Source: Alphaproteobacteria bacterium
GTDB taxonomy: Bacteria > Pseudomonadota > Alphaproteobacteria > M2410
Assembly (NCBI GenBank): GCA_965248915.1
Contig: OZ252216.1
Location: 3,349,889-3,413,888 of the forward strand
Length of the DNA stretch: 64,000 nucleotides
Direction of reading: 5' to 3'
In this document: one piece after another, positions 29,453-38,889 of the stretch
How the letters are laid out: each line of letters begins with the position of its first letter
Position numbering within the stretch: the first letter of the stretch is position 1
Notes under the pieces: generated by a model
The model's database searches: none
What the model was told of the DNA's origin: nothing
The model's input: only the letters and a program-made list of their open reading frames with translations
Made by a program: the position numbers and the translations under genes

Positions 29453-29955
29453 GTTGCTGCCCTATTCCTTTTTTTCTTTGCCTTGCGCATGTCTTTGGCA
29501 GTCGCTTGGACGGCCCGAACAATCTTGTCATAACCGGTACAACGACACAGGTTACCAGCAAGGGCATAGCGAATTTCCATCTCGTCCGGATCTGGATTTC
29601 TGTCAAGCAGGGCCTTGGCAGCGACAAGGAACCCGGGTGTGCAAAAGCCGCACTGCAGTGCCGCATGTTCAATGAACTTCTCTTGCAGCAAATGCAATTC
29701 GCCGTTTGCAGACAATCCTTCAACGGTTTCCACTTCCCGTCCGCCTGCCTCAACACCGAGGACAAGGCAGGAACAGACCAACCGACCATCCAGCGTGACG
29801 CTGCAAGCACCGCAATCACCAGTGCCGCAACCTTCCTTGACACCGGTCAGGCCCACTCGGTTTCTCAATGCGTCGAGCAGTGTCTCTTCGTTGGGACAGG
29901 CAAACTCTACCGTATCTCCGTTGACAGTTGTTGATACAAGTGTGGTGCCCGTCAT
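29449..29955 (-). CDS. (2Fe-2S)-binding small subunit of the molybdoenzyme
   Basis: Cys clusters CGTGDCGACSV and QCGFCTPG...CRCTGY. 4-bp overlaps with both neighbouring genes. Confidence 0.9.
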   Translation of the reverse strand: MTGTTLVSTTVNGDTVEFACPNEETLLDALRNRVGLTGVKEGCGTGDCGACSVTLDGRLVCSCLVLGVEAGGREVETVEGLSANGELHLLQEKFIEHAALQCGFCTPGFLVAAKALLDRNPDPDEMEIRYALAGNLCRCTGYDKIVRAVQATAKDMRKAKKKRNRAAT

Positions 29956-30812
29956 GCCGTTCCCTCTGCTCTTTTGAGTGCTATTTTTGCAACACGGCGC
30001 GCCATCACGCCAGCGATTCGTTTCCGGTAAGCGGCGGTGCCGCGTTTGTCATCAATAGGCCTGCAGGCCGACGAACAAGCAGCCGCCAGATTGTCCAACG
30101 CAGATTTGTTGACTTTCGTACCGATGAGAGCATCGGCCGCTTCCGGCGCCAGGAGGGCCGTTGGGGCCACCGCACCGAGGGCAACACGCGCTTTCTTCAC
30201 AAGACCGTCCTCCAGCGAAAGGCATATGCCAATGCCAACGACAGCGATGTCCATTTCTGTTCGGGGGATAAACCTGAGATAGGCATCACCCGTGTGCTTA
30301 CTTGGATTTGGCAGCATGATCGCCTCGATCACTTCCGCCTTCGTAAGGGATGTTTTCCCCGGACCTGTAACAATGTCTTCGACCCGAACCGTACGCCGTC
30401 CGTTCGCGCCAACGACAACCGCTTTTGCGCCAGCTGCAATGAGTGCCGGCACACTGTCGGCCGCCGGCGATGCATTGCATAGGTTACCAACAATGGTGCA
30501 ACGCCCCTGGATCTGGTCAGACCCAATAAGATTTGCTGCCTCAACGACCCCAGGCCAGACCTTTTTCAGAGCTTTGTGCTCACCGAGTTCAGCGCAAGAA
30601 ACCGCAGCTCCGATGCGAAACCCTGTTTTGCGGGTTTCGACGGTCCTAGCGGCAGGAATACGCTTGATGTCGATCAGCAGATCTGGTTCGACCATGCCTG
30701 TCTTCATCCCGACCAACAAGTCAGTGCCACCTGCGATGACGCAAGCCTTGCCTTTCTCGTTCTTTAACAACCCGACGGCCTCTTTGATCGTCGTGGGCGC
30801 TTCATATCTCAT
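29952..30812 (-). CDS. FAD-binding medium subunit of the molybdoenzyme (CoxM/XdhB-like)
   Basis: MRYEAPTTIKEAVGLLKNEKGKACVIAGGTDLL is the typical N-terminus. The ORF track starts 6 codons upstream at a TTG (30830). Confidence 0.85.
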   Translation of the reverse strand: MRYEAPTTIKEAVGLLKNEKGKACVIAGGTDLLVGMKTGMVEPDLLIDIKRIPAARTVETRKTGFRIGAAVSCAELGEHKALKKVWPGVVEAANLIGSDQIQGRCTIVGNLCNASPAADSVPALIAAGAKAVVVGANGRRTVRVEDIVTGPGKTSLTKAEVIEAIMLPNPSKHTGDAYLRFIPRTEMDIAVVGIGICLSLEDGLVKKARVALGAVAPTALLAPEAADALIGTKVNKSALDNLAAACSSACRPIDDKRGTAAYRKRIAGVMARRVAKIALKRAEGTA

Positions 30813-31160
30813 TGTTGGTTTCGCTTCCAATTGTTGCAGGTGCAGGTGATTGCACCCCCTTTTTGCGATTCAGCTGCGAAGTATTCAGCATATATTTGGT
30901 CATTGCAACTCGACTGTGAGTGGACAATTCCACAGGGTTTTGATCCGCGAGATGGTCTCGATGAATTGGGAAATGAACTATCATTGCAATGAAGATCTGG
31001 TTGGTACTGAAGGTTCTGCTGATCGACGGGTTCACGCAAAGTCCTGGTTCAGACTTGGATGCGAACGTAATGGTGTTGCTGACGCTTGCAAGAAGTAGTG
31101 GGTAGAATGAGGGCTCTACACTTTTTCCAAACGTGGTTTTCTTGTTCTTTTTTAAATTTT

Positions 31161-31204
31161 ATTGAAATTATCGTAGTGATAAAGTATATTTATCGTTATG
31201 ATAA
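31161..31204. promoter_or_regulatory. 44-bp conserved element, copy A (candidate double operator)
   Basis: The reverse complement is 42/44 identical to 46434..46477 (a 28-bp exact core). Contains TTATCGT-A-GTGATAA and TTATCGT-T-ATGATAA. Confidence 0.55.
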
Positions 31205-31432
31205 AGTGCAATCAGCGTTATGATTGTGCCGAGATCGTACGGGAAGCACCAAGAGAAAGAGATTTGTATTTCTATCCGGGCATGTTTCTCATGTATCAGC
31301 GCTTCGGAAATCAGTCGCGCAAAAGGGAACTATTTTAGGGGATTGTTGCGCCCGTGAATTGAGAACAGCGACTGAGTGTCGGTGTTTGAGGGACGTAAAT
31401 CACATATCTTGATGAAGGAACAGGAGGGGAAA

Positions 31433-33859
31433 ATGACGAAACTACAAACATCTATGGTGATGCTCTCAGTGATCATAGGGGGGGCGATCGGACTGACAAG
31501 CATTGCTCAGGCACAGATCGAGGAAATTACGATTACGGCCACCAAACGGGAGGCGTCGTTGCAGGATGTTCCGATCGCGGTCACAGCAGTGTCCGGAGAG
31601 GAACTCAATCTTGCCAATATCAGCGATATCAACGATCTTCAGATCACGGCGCCAAGCTTGTATATCAGCACAACGAACACGCCTTCGGTTAGTACGACGA
31701 TCCGTATTCGCGGCGTCGGGACGACTGGCAACAATGTTGGGCTTGAAGGAGCTGTCGGGGTCTTCCTTGATGGCGTTTACAGAAGCCGCGCCGGTATTGC
31801 ACTTGGCGATCTCATTGACATTGAGCGGATCGAGATCCTACGTGGACCCCAAGGTACTCTGTTTGGGAAAAACACGTCTGCGGGCGCAATTTCGGTCGTC
31901 ACCAAAGCACCTTCCAATGAGTATGAGGGCTATGGCGAAGTGATGGTGGGCAATCATGATGCTCTCAAGATAAAGGGCATGATGAACTTGCCGCTAATAG
32001 ACGACAAATTAGCATTGCGTTTCTCCGGCGCGACGAGTGAGCGTGATGGTTTTCTTGAGGATGTCGTGAATGGCCGCACTTACAACGACCGCGATCGCCG
32101 GACATTCAAAGGGCAATTGTTGTGGACGCTGAACGATGACATCAATATCAGGGTCATCGCCGATTATGCGGAAGCCGATGAACATTGCTGTCAAACGGTC
32201 AGGGTTTTCAATGGGCCGACGGCGCCTGCAGTGAGTGCTTTTGCACTTGGCAGCGGCAACGCTTTCTTCTCCCCACCAAATCCAGGGGCCTTCAAAACGT
32301 CAATCGATGGACCGGTCTTCAACGAATTCCGTGATCGCGGTTTTTCGGTGGAGCTAAATTGGGATATTGGTATTGGCACGTTGACCTCTATCACATCGGA
32401 CCGGAGTTTCGACTCCACTACGAATAACGATGTTGATTTCACTGGGGCGAGAATTCTTAACCAGCTCACAATCTTTAACAACGAACAATTCAGTGAGGAA
32501 TTGAGAGTTGCCGGACAAATTGAAGGTGGTGGATTCCTTCAGTCGATTGACTGGCTCATCGGTGGTTACTATTCGGACGAAAAGTTCTTGCGCGACAATA
32601 GGCCGACATTTGGGGCGGATACCGATGGTTATGCGACACTCATATCGGGTGGCTCATTGGCGGGCGTCTATTTGGCTGGAACCGGCACTTCCGGAATCTG
32701 GCACCAAGAGGGCGATTCGAAATCTGTCTTTGGTCACGTGACGTTTACTTTGGACGATCAATGGGCCTTGACTGGTGGCATACGTTGGAACAGTGATGAA
32801 AAAGAGGGCGACGGAACCCTTAGCGTAACGCACCTTGCGACGGGTCCTGTGCTAGGCGCTCTATTTCCGTTTCTTCCGCCGCAACATGATTATGTGGCCT
32901 CGACATCTGAAGAAGAACTGTCCGGCACGATCAATCTGCAGTACAACTGGAACGACGATATCATGACCTATGTCAGCTATAGCCGCGGATACAAGGCGGG
33001 TGGTATCAACTTGGATCGCAGTGCTGCAGGCTCATTGAACGCAGCAATTCCGGTCATTGCAATTACGTCTGATCCGGCAAACTTGCCATATGTCGCTGGG
33101 ACTTATGCGACAATTCCGTGCGGTGCGAGAGGTGGTGCGTATCTCTTCACCGCAGTCGTCGGAGTAGCCCAAGAGTTTTACGGTTGCTCACCCAAGGATG
33201 CGACTTTCTCGCCTGAGTTTGCCGATAGCTACGAAATTGGCATTCGCTCATCCTGGTTCGACCATCGATTGAACTTCAACGTCACAGCGTTCTACTCGCT
33301 GTTCGAAGACTTCCAACTGAATACCTTCGACGGTCTGGCCTTTAATATTGAGAATGTGTCTGGCGCTTCCACGCGCGGGATCGAGGCGGAGTATGTCTTC
33401 AGACCGATTGAGGGCCTGTCGATTACCGGCGGTGTGAATTGGGTCGAGGCGCGTTACGACGATGATGTCGGTCCTCCTTCGCCGGCAGACCCGCCATTAG
33501 GTGGCAAGGTCTTAACCAACGCACCGCAGTTCACCGGAAGCACAGCGATTACGTATGAACGCGGTCTGGCCAATACTGATCTCATCTGGTACTCGCGCGC
33601 TGAGATGTTCATGTCCACGGGCCGCGAAACCGGTTCGGACCTCGATCCGGCCAAGCATGTTGGTGGCCGCCAAATCTACAATGGACGTCTTGGCCTGAGA
33701 AACGACGATACGGGTTGGGATCTTTCGGTTTGGTGCCGCAATTGTTTGGATAAGCGGTATACGACCGTCATCTTCGATTCGGTTGCACAATCCGGCAGCT
33801 ATGACGCCTTCATAGGTAACCCGATGGAATGGGGGCTATCCGCCTCAATGCGCTTCTAA
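31433..33859 (+). CDS. TonB-dependent receptor
   Basis: ATG at 31433 preceded by AGGAGGGG. Signal peptide, plug motif EEITITATKREASLQDVPIAVTAV, C-terminal ...LSASMRF. Confidence 0.9.
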   Translation: MTKLQTSMVMLSVIIGGAIGLTSIAQAQIEEITITATKREASLQDVPIAVTAVSGEELNLANISDINDLQITAPSLYISTTNTPSVSTTIRIRGVGTTGNNVGLEGAVGVFLDGVYRSRAGIALGDLIDIERIEILRGPQGTLFGKNTSAGAISVVTKAPSNEYEGYGEVMVGNHDALKIKGMMNLPLIDDKLALRFSGATSERDGFLEDVVNGRTYNDRDRRTFKGQLLWTLNDDINIRVIADYAEADEHCCQTVRVFNGPTAPAVSAFALGSGNAFFSPPNPGAFKTSIDGPVFNEFRDRGFSVELNWDIGIGTLTSITSDRSFDSTTNNDVDFTGARILNQLTIFNNEQFSEELRVAGQIEGGGFLQSIDWLIGGYYSDEKFLRDNRPTFGADTDGYATLISGGSLAGVYLAGTGTSGIWHQEGDSKSVFGHVTFTLDDQWALTGGIRWNSDEKEGDGTLSVTHLATGPVLGALFPFLPPQHDYVASTSEEELSGTINLQYNWNDDIMTYVSYSRGYKAGGINLDRSAAGSLNAAIPVIAITSDPANLPYVAGTYATIPCGARGGAYLFTAVVGVAQEFYGCSPKDATFSPEFADSYEIGIRSSWFDHRLNFNVTAFYSLFEDFQLNTFDGLAFNIENVSGASTRGIEAEYVFRPIEGLSITGGVNWVEARYDDDVGPPSPADPPLGGKVLTNAPQFTGSTAITYERGLANTDLIWYSRAEMFMSTGRETGSDLDPAKHVGGRQIYNGRLGLRNDDTGWDLSVWCRNCLDKRYTTVIFDSVAQSGSYDAFIGNPMEWGLSASMRF

Positions 33860-33872
33860 GGAAAGACAAGGT

Positions 33873-33896
33873 CCGATGGCGGGAAATCGCCATCGG
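33873..33896 (+). terminator. stem-loop 14 bp after the receptor stop (weak U-tract)
   Basis: Perfect 9-bp stem CCGATGGCG/CGCCATCGG with loop GGAAAT, followed by TTATAAC. Confidence 0.4.
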
Positions 33897-33974
33897 TTAT
33901 AACATTGTCAATGACATTCCGGGTTTTGATCGGAGTTTAATCTCTCCAGCTTCAAGTAAAGTCCGGGGAACTGG

Positions 33975-34013
33975 CCCGCTTTGTGATGCAGCACGAAGCG
34001 GGTTTTCTCTTTT
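33975..34013 (+). terminator. rho-independent terminator-like hairpin with U-tract
   Basis: Stem CCCGCTT/AAGCGGG with a 14-nt loop, followed by TTTTCTCTTTT. Confidence 0.55.
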
Positions 34014-34092
34014 ACAGGTTGATCTCAATTGTGACCTGCCTTTGGAGAGAGTGCCACGATACCTGTTGCAAGGACCGAACGAATGAAGCTAC

Positions 34093-35715
34093 TCATTGCA
34101 CTTGCCGTTCGACCCCATTCCAAAAAGGTTTCCGCAGCTCGGTCTTCAATACTTTCCCCGAAGGGTTCATAGGCAGAGCATCAATGAAGTCGATGGATTT
34201 CGGTGCCTTATAGGCGGCAATGTGCTCTTTGGTGTAGGCAATCAACTCCTCGGCCGCACAGGTGACCCCAGTTTTGAGCACGACAATCGCTTTGACGGCC
34301 TCTCCCCATTTTTCGTCCGGAACACCAATGACCGCCACATCTGCAACTGCAGGATGACCGTAAATTGCGCTTTCCACTTCGGCCGGATAGACATTCTCTC
34401 CACCTGAGACAACCATGTCTTTGATGCGGTCGTGGATATAAACGTATCCGTCTTCGTCCATATAACCTGCGTCGCCCGTGTGTACCCATCCATCAACAAT
34501 GGTCTTTGCTGTCGCTTCCGGCAATTTCCAATAGCCGATCATATTTGCCGGCGAGCTGATACATATCTCACCGATTTTCCTCGGCGCTAACAATGCGCCA
34601 GACTCACTAATAATCTGAATCTGGATATTGGGTAATGCCTTACCCGCAGATTTCATGCGCTCATTCCCGTCCGGGTCGTGATCACTTGGCGGAAGATAAG
34701 TCGTTTGAGCGGCTGTCTCAGTCAGGCCGTAGGTTTGAACGAATTCGCATTGAAATGCATCGATGGCCTCTCGCAGAAGATCCAATGGAATTGGCGACGC
34801 TCCATACCAGAGGTATTGCAAGGAGGAAAAATCGGTCGCCATTTCCTGCGATGCCAACAGAACCAGCCGTAGCGCAGAAGGTACGAGAAAGAGTTTTGTC
34901 ACCTTGCGCGCAGAAATTGCCTCAATTATCCGCACGGGATCAAATTCAGGTAATATGACAGTTGTGGCGCCCGGCAACAGCCCCATGACACCCCAACGCA
35001 GGCCAGCAATGTGAAAACAGGGCATAACCAGCAAGCTCACATCATTAGCGTCCCATCGATTCCAGTCCATGCCGTCACTATCGTCCAGCGTTGACTCTAA
35101 CAAAGCACCACATGACAGCAGCACGCCTTTGGGATGACCTGTCGTTCCGCTTGTATACATTTGGATCGCAGCGTCTGTAGGTGAGGTTTTCCGATGGGGG
35201 TCTTCAACACTTTGTTTGTCACGCCAGCTAACATATTCTTCCCACTCCGGATGTTCGCCGGATATTGAAACGATTTTCCTAACGTGTACCAACTGATCGG
35301 ATATGCTCTCAATGAGATCAAGAAACCTTTCGCCGACAAAAAGTATGTGGGCCTCAGCATCGTTGAGAATATAGACGATTTCTGGCCCCGCCAGACGCCA
35401 ATTTATCGGGCAAATGACGGTATTGGCTTTGGCACACCCAAACAACAATTCGAAGAACATTTCGCTGTTGAGATCCAACCAAGCGACGTTTCCTTGCAGC
35501 TCGATTCCTTCTGCTTTCAGGCCGTTGGCGACCTGGGAAGCGAATTGATCCAGTTGGGCAAAACTCGTTCGGCAGCCCTCATAGAACAGTGCAGTATCTG
35601 TAGGCGAATTCACTGCATGGAACCGCGTGATATCAGCAAGAACGCTCAAGTCTTCATAGCAAGTTGCTTCAGCCGGAGACGTATTGGGAAAAGATGGCAT
35701 AACACTATTATCCAC
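34093..35715 (-). CDS. AMP-dependent acyl-CoA synthetase/ligase
   Basis: YTSGTTGHPKGV motif, HTGDAGYMDEDGYVYIHDRIKD, and C-terminal PSGKVLK. Confidence 0.9.
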   Translation of the reverse strand: MDNSVMPSFPNTSPAEATCYEDLSVLADITRFHAVNSPTDTALFYEGCRTSFAQLDQFASQVANGLKAEGIELQGNVAWLDLNSEMFFELLFGCAKANTVICPINWRLAGPEIVYILNDAEAHILFVGERFLDLIESISDQLVHVRKIVSISGEHPEWEEYVSWRDKQSVEDPHRKTSPTDAAIQMYTSGTTGHPKGVLLSCGALLESTLDDSDGMDWNRWDANDVSLLVMPCFHIAGLRWGVMGLLPGATTVILPEFDPVRIIEAISARKVTKLFLVPSALRLVLLASQEMATDFSSLQYLWYGASPIPLDLLREAIDAFQCEFVQTYGLTETAAQTTYLPPSDHDPDGNERMKSAGKALPNIQIQIISESGALLAPRKIGEICISSPANMIGYWKLPEATAKTIVDGWVHTGDAGYMDEDGYVYIHDRIKDMVVSGGENVYPAEVESAIYGHPAVADVAVIGVPDEKWGEAVKAIVVLKTGVTCAAEELIAYTKEHIAAYKAPKSIDFIDALPMNPSGKVLKTELRKPFWNGVERQVQ

Positions 35716-36062
35716 TGTGAGATGTTACTTTCCAAGAGGCCGCTGGGCGGATCTCTTCAGCCTGTCCGTCACCAAATAATTCGGAGCAATCGGTGAGTCA
35801 TGCATATGAAAGATCTGACTTGTCCGGTCGGGAAATTTTAGCGACTTTCATGCGATGTTGCAATCACCTATGACTACCAGATCCACCACACTGTGTCGGT
35901 CGAACTGATTGTTTCGATCCGATTATTGGCGACAACCCAAAAATCTTTCATCGTCGTAAGCGTGATGCTTGAAGGTTGGAAAGTTCGCCTCTAGAATTGT
36001 AATCCAATAGTTCACGGTAGTTGTGCAAAGCGACTATCTGATTTCTAAAGGAGTAGATTCTT

Positions 36063-37148
36063 ATGAGAGCGGCGGTATTTCGCGAAGTCGGAAAACCTAT
36101 GGAAATCGAAGATGTTCTCATCTCAAAACCGCGACCGCGAGAGGTTCTAATAAGGACAGCGGCAGCAGGCGTTTGCCATTCCGATTTGAATTTCTTTGAT
36201 GGGACATATCCATACCCTTTACCAAGCATCTTGGGTCATGAATCCGCAGGCGTCGTTGAACAAGTCGGTTCCGATGTTACATATGTCAAACCGGGCGATC
36301 ATGTTGTCACCTGTTTTTCAGCCTTTTGCGGCCATTGTGAATTTTGTCTGACAGGACACATGTCTCTGTGTCAGAGTTCAGAAACGCAGCGCGGAAATGA
36401 TGATAAACAGCGGTTGGAAACGGCAACATCCCCAATCACCCAGTTTTTCAATCTGTCTTCTTTTTCGGAGCAAATGCTTGTACACGAACATGCAATTGCA
36501 AGAATCCGTAAGGACATGCCGCTTGATCTTGCGGCTCTGATTGGCTGTTCCGTCACCACCGGTGTAGGGTCGGTTTTTCATACTGCGAAGGTCGAACCAG
36601 GAACGTCAATTGCCGTCATCGGTTGCGGAGGTGTTGGCCTCAACTGCATCAATGGTGCGGCAATTGCTGGCGCCGGTCGAATAATCGCGGTTGATACGCT
36701 CGATTCGAAACTCAATCTTGCTAAGGAATTTGGGGCGACGGACGTGATCAATGCTTCGGGTGGTAATGTCGTCGAACAAGTCAAGGAGTTGACGAGTGGA
36801 GGTGTCCACTATTCATTTGAAGCGATTGGCTTAAAGAATACAACGGAACAGGCATTTCAAATGCTTGCCCGCCGCGGCACCGCAACAGTCATCGGTGCGA
36901 TCCCGCCTGGTCAAATGATTGAGGTACATGGCATGGATTTTCTTGCGGAGAAGAAGATCCAAGGCTCTTACATGGGGTCCAGCCAGTTCCGTGTTGATGT
37001 GCCGCGCTTGGTCGACTTCTACATGGACGGTCGTCTCAAATTAGACCAGATGGTCTCGGAACGCATTGGTCTCGAAGCCGTGAACACTGCCCTTGAAGCG
37101 CTGAAGACCGGCGAATTGACGCGTCAAGTTATCATCTTCGATGATTAG
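36063..37148 (+). CDS. zinc-dependent alcohol dehydrogenase (MDR family)
   Basis: AAGVCHSDL, GHESAGVVEQVGSDV, a structural-Zn Cys cluster (CGHCEFCLTGHMSLC) and a GCGGVGL Rossmann motif. Confidence 0.88.
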   Translation: MRAAVFREVGKPMEIEDVLISKPRPREVLIRTAAAGVCHSDLNFFDGTYPYPLPSILGHESAGVVEQVGSDVTYVKPGDHVVTCFSAFCGHCEFCLTGHMSLCQSSETQRGNDDKQRLETATSPITQFFNLSSFSEQMLVHEHAIARIRKDMPLDLAALIGCSVTTGVGSVFHTAKVEPGTSIAVIGCGGVGLNCINGAAIAGAGRIIAVDTLDSKLNLAKEFGATDVINASGGNVVEQVKELTSGGVHYSFEAIGLKNTTEQAFQMLARRGTATVIGAIPPGQMIEVHGMDFLAEKKIQGSYMGSSQFRVDVPRLVDFYMDGRLKLDQMVSERIGLEAVNTALEALKTGELTRQVIIFDD

Positions 37149-37299
37149 GATGGCGGCGCCCTCGAGAACAGGGTCGTTCTGATCCCCTTCCTTTCTGGTA
37201 GCTCTATTGGCGTGTTCCCGAGGCTGCTATCACTTTCGGGGACATCGTTAGATTGATCTCTACGTTTCTCTGGAAGCGCTCATGGGGAACATGTTGTGA

Positions 37300-37701
37300 T
37301 CATTGCATCAATCTGAAAACCGGCACTTGAAAGTCGTCAGAGATTTTCATGAATTCGACGCGAACCGAAGCACCCAATCTCAATTCCATGCCGTAACCGT
37401 CAAGTAGGTTGCTGACCATTCGCACTTTCTCGGGAAATTCAACAACGGCGGCTACAAAGGGAGCCTCAAAGCTGGGATGAAAAACCTGGTGCGTAATTGT
37501 CCAGGAGTATAGTGAACCGATTTCACTAACGGGGGCCCATTCGTAGTCCCTGGAGCCACAATACGCGCACATGTATCTTGGAAGGTGTCGGAATTTGCCA
37601 CATGCGGAGCAACACTGAATACGCAAGGTGCCATCTTGACAACCTTGCCAGAACTCATCATTCATCGGATCAATCGGCTTCGGTATTGGTCTGTCAGACA
37701 C
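37300..37701 (-). CDS. DUF35 Zn-ribbon/OB-fold protein
   Basis: C-x2-C-x10-C-x2-C ribbon (CSACGKFRHLPRYMCAYCG) followed by an OB-like C-terminal half. 3-bp gap after the thiolase-fold gene. Confidence 0.8.
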   Translation of the reverse strand: MSDRPIPKPIDPMNDEFWQGCQDGTLRIQCCSACGKFRHLPRYMCAYCGSRDYEWAPVSEIGSLYSWTITHQVFHPSFEAPFVAAVVEFPEKVRMVSNLLDGYGMELRLGASVRVEFMKISDDFQVPVFRLMQ

Positions 37702-37704
37702 ACA

Positions 37705-38889
37705 CTATCTCCTCAGTATTGCGATGCTGCCATCACCAAGGTCACCCCAACCGGTAACTAATCCAATTTCCGCATCGGCAATTTGACGCTTACCCGCAGT
37801 TCCACGCAATTGCCTCGTTGCTTCAAGGGCATGGTTGAAACCCCAAATATGTGCTTCGCTCAGAAGCCCACCGTTTGTATTTATCGGATAGCGCCCACCC
37901 AGTTGGATCTGGCCGTCCTTAACAAAATCGTAGACTTCACCTCGCGCCGCGAACCCCATCGCCTCAAGCTGAAGCAGCACGACATATGTGAAACAGTCAT
38001 ACACCTGAAGAAAATCAACGTCGGTGGGCTTAATTCCTGCCATTTCGAAGGCCCTGGGAGCCGCAAAGCTCAGGCCTATTCGGAACGGATCTTCTCGTGA
38101 GGCTATGTCATCTGCAGGGAAGGGATGCCCTTCGGCAGCACCCATGACGTAAACGGGATCATGCGCTAAGTCCTTCGCCTGATCTGCTCCTGTCAACACA
38201 ATAGCGCAAGCACCATCGGTCTCAAGACAACAGTCATACAATCTAAAGGGTTCTGAAATGAAGCGACTGTCGAGGTATTGCTCCATCGACAATGGCTTGT
38301 TGTACATTATCGCTCGTTCGTTCAACTGAGCATGTGCCCTGCAAGCGACGGCAATCTCTCCAGTTGCCTCATCAGGCACTCCGTAGAGTCGTTTGTGCCG
38401 GGTTGCCATCCAAGCATACATCTGCACGGGTAAGGCTACGCCGAACGGAACATAGAAATCGCGCATGGTATTGGCAATTGCCGTGATTCCCATGGATTGA
38501 TTGCGCGGTCGACTGGGTTTGGGCCGCAGTGCAGAATAACCATTCCAGCCAACCACAATGAGTACAGCCTTGGCGACGCCACTGGAAATGGCTATTGCGG
38601 CGTGTTGTATAGCAGTTGTGGGACTGGCTCCGCCCATGTGAACTGTAGACACATAGTTAAGAATAGGGATGCCCAGATTCGCCGCTATTTGCTCGGATGT
38701 TGTATAGGCCGGTGGAGGCACCATGCCATCAATATCACATGGTTTCAGGCCAGCATCTTGGATTGCCTTGCTTGCAGCCTCAAGAATCATATCAACATTC
38801 GTTCGGTCGGTGCCGCGATAAAATTGTGTCTCTCCTATACCGACAATAGCCGCCTTATCTTTCCACTTGAGACTGTCGCTACTATACAT
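37705..38889 (-). CDS. thiolase-fold protein, SCP-x/Ltp-like (non-canonical active site)
   Basis: AAIVGIGETQF N-terminus and NTNGGLLSEAHIWGFN C-terminal motif. The position of the thiolase C-A-S-G reads G-A-S-P by manual alignment. Confidence 0.8.
   Translation of the reverse strand: MYSSDSLKWKDKAAIVGIGETQFYRGTDRTNVDMILEAASKAIQDAGLKPCDIDGMVPPPAYTTSEQIAANLGIPILNYVSTVHMGGASPTTAIQHAAIAISSGVAKAVLIVVGWNGYSALRPKPSRPRNQSMGITAIANTMRDFYVPFGVALPVQMYAWMATRHKRLYGVPDEATGEIAVACRAHAQLNERAIMYNKPLSMEQYLDSRFISEPFRLYDCCLETDGACAIVLTGADQAKDLAHDPVYVMGAAEGHPFPADDIASREDPFRIGLSFAAPRAFEMAGIKPTDVDFLQVYDCFTYVVLLQLEAMGFAARGEVYDFVKDGQIQLGGRYPINTNGGLLSEAHIWGFNHALEATRQLRGTAGKRQIADAEIGLVTGWGDLGDGSIAILRR

Noticed and set aside
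27185-30812. Possibility that the FAD/FeS/Mo enzyme is aerobic carbon monoxide dehydrogenase (CoxMSL)
   Set aside because: The large subunit reads STAYRAPSAP where form I CODH has AYXCSFR (form II has AYRGAGR). No coxD/E/F/G-like accessory genes are nearby.
30831-31432. Riboswitch (cobalamin or TPP type) or small genes (ORFs 30850..31098 and 31224..31412) in the 600-bp region upstream of TonB receptor 3
   Set aside because: I could not recognise a B12-box or other riboswitch core by eye, and the small ORFs lack Shine-Dalgarno sequences and motifs. A covariance-model scan would be needed to exclude an RNA element.
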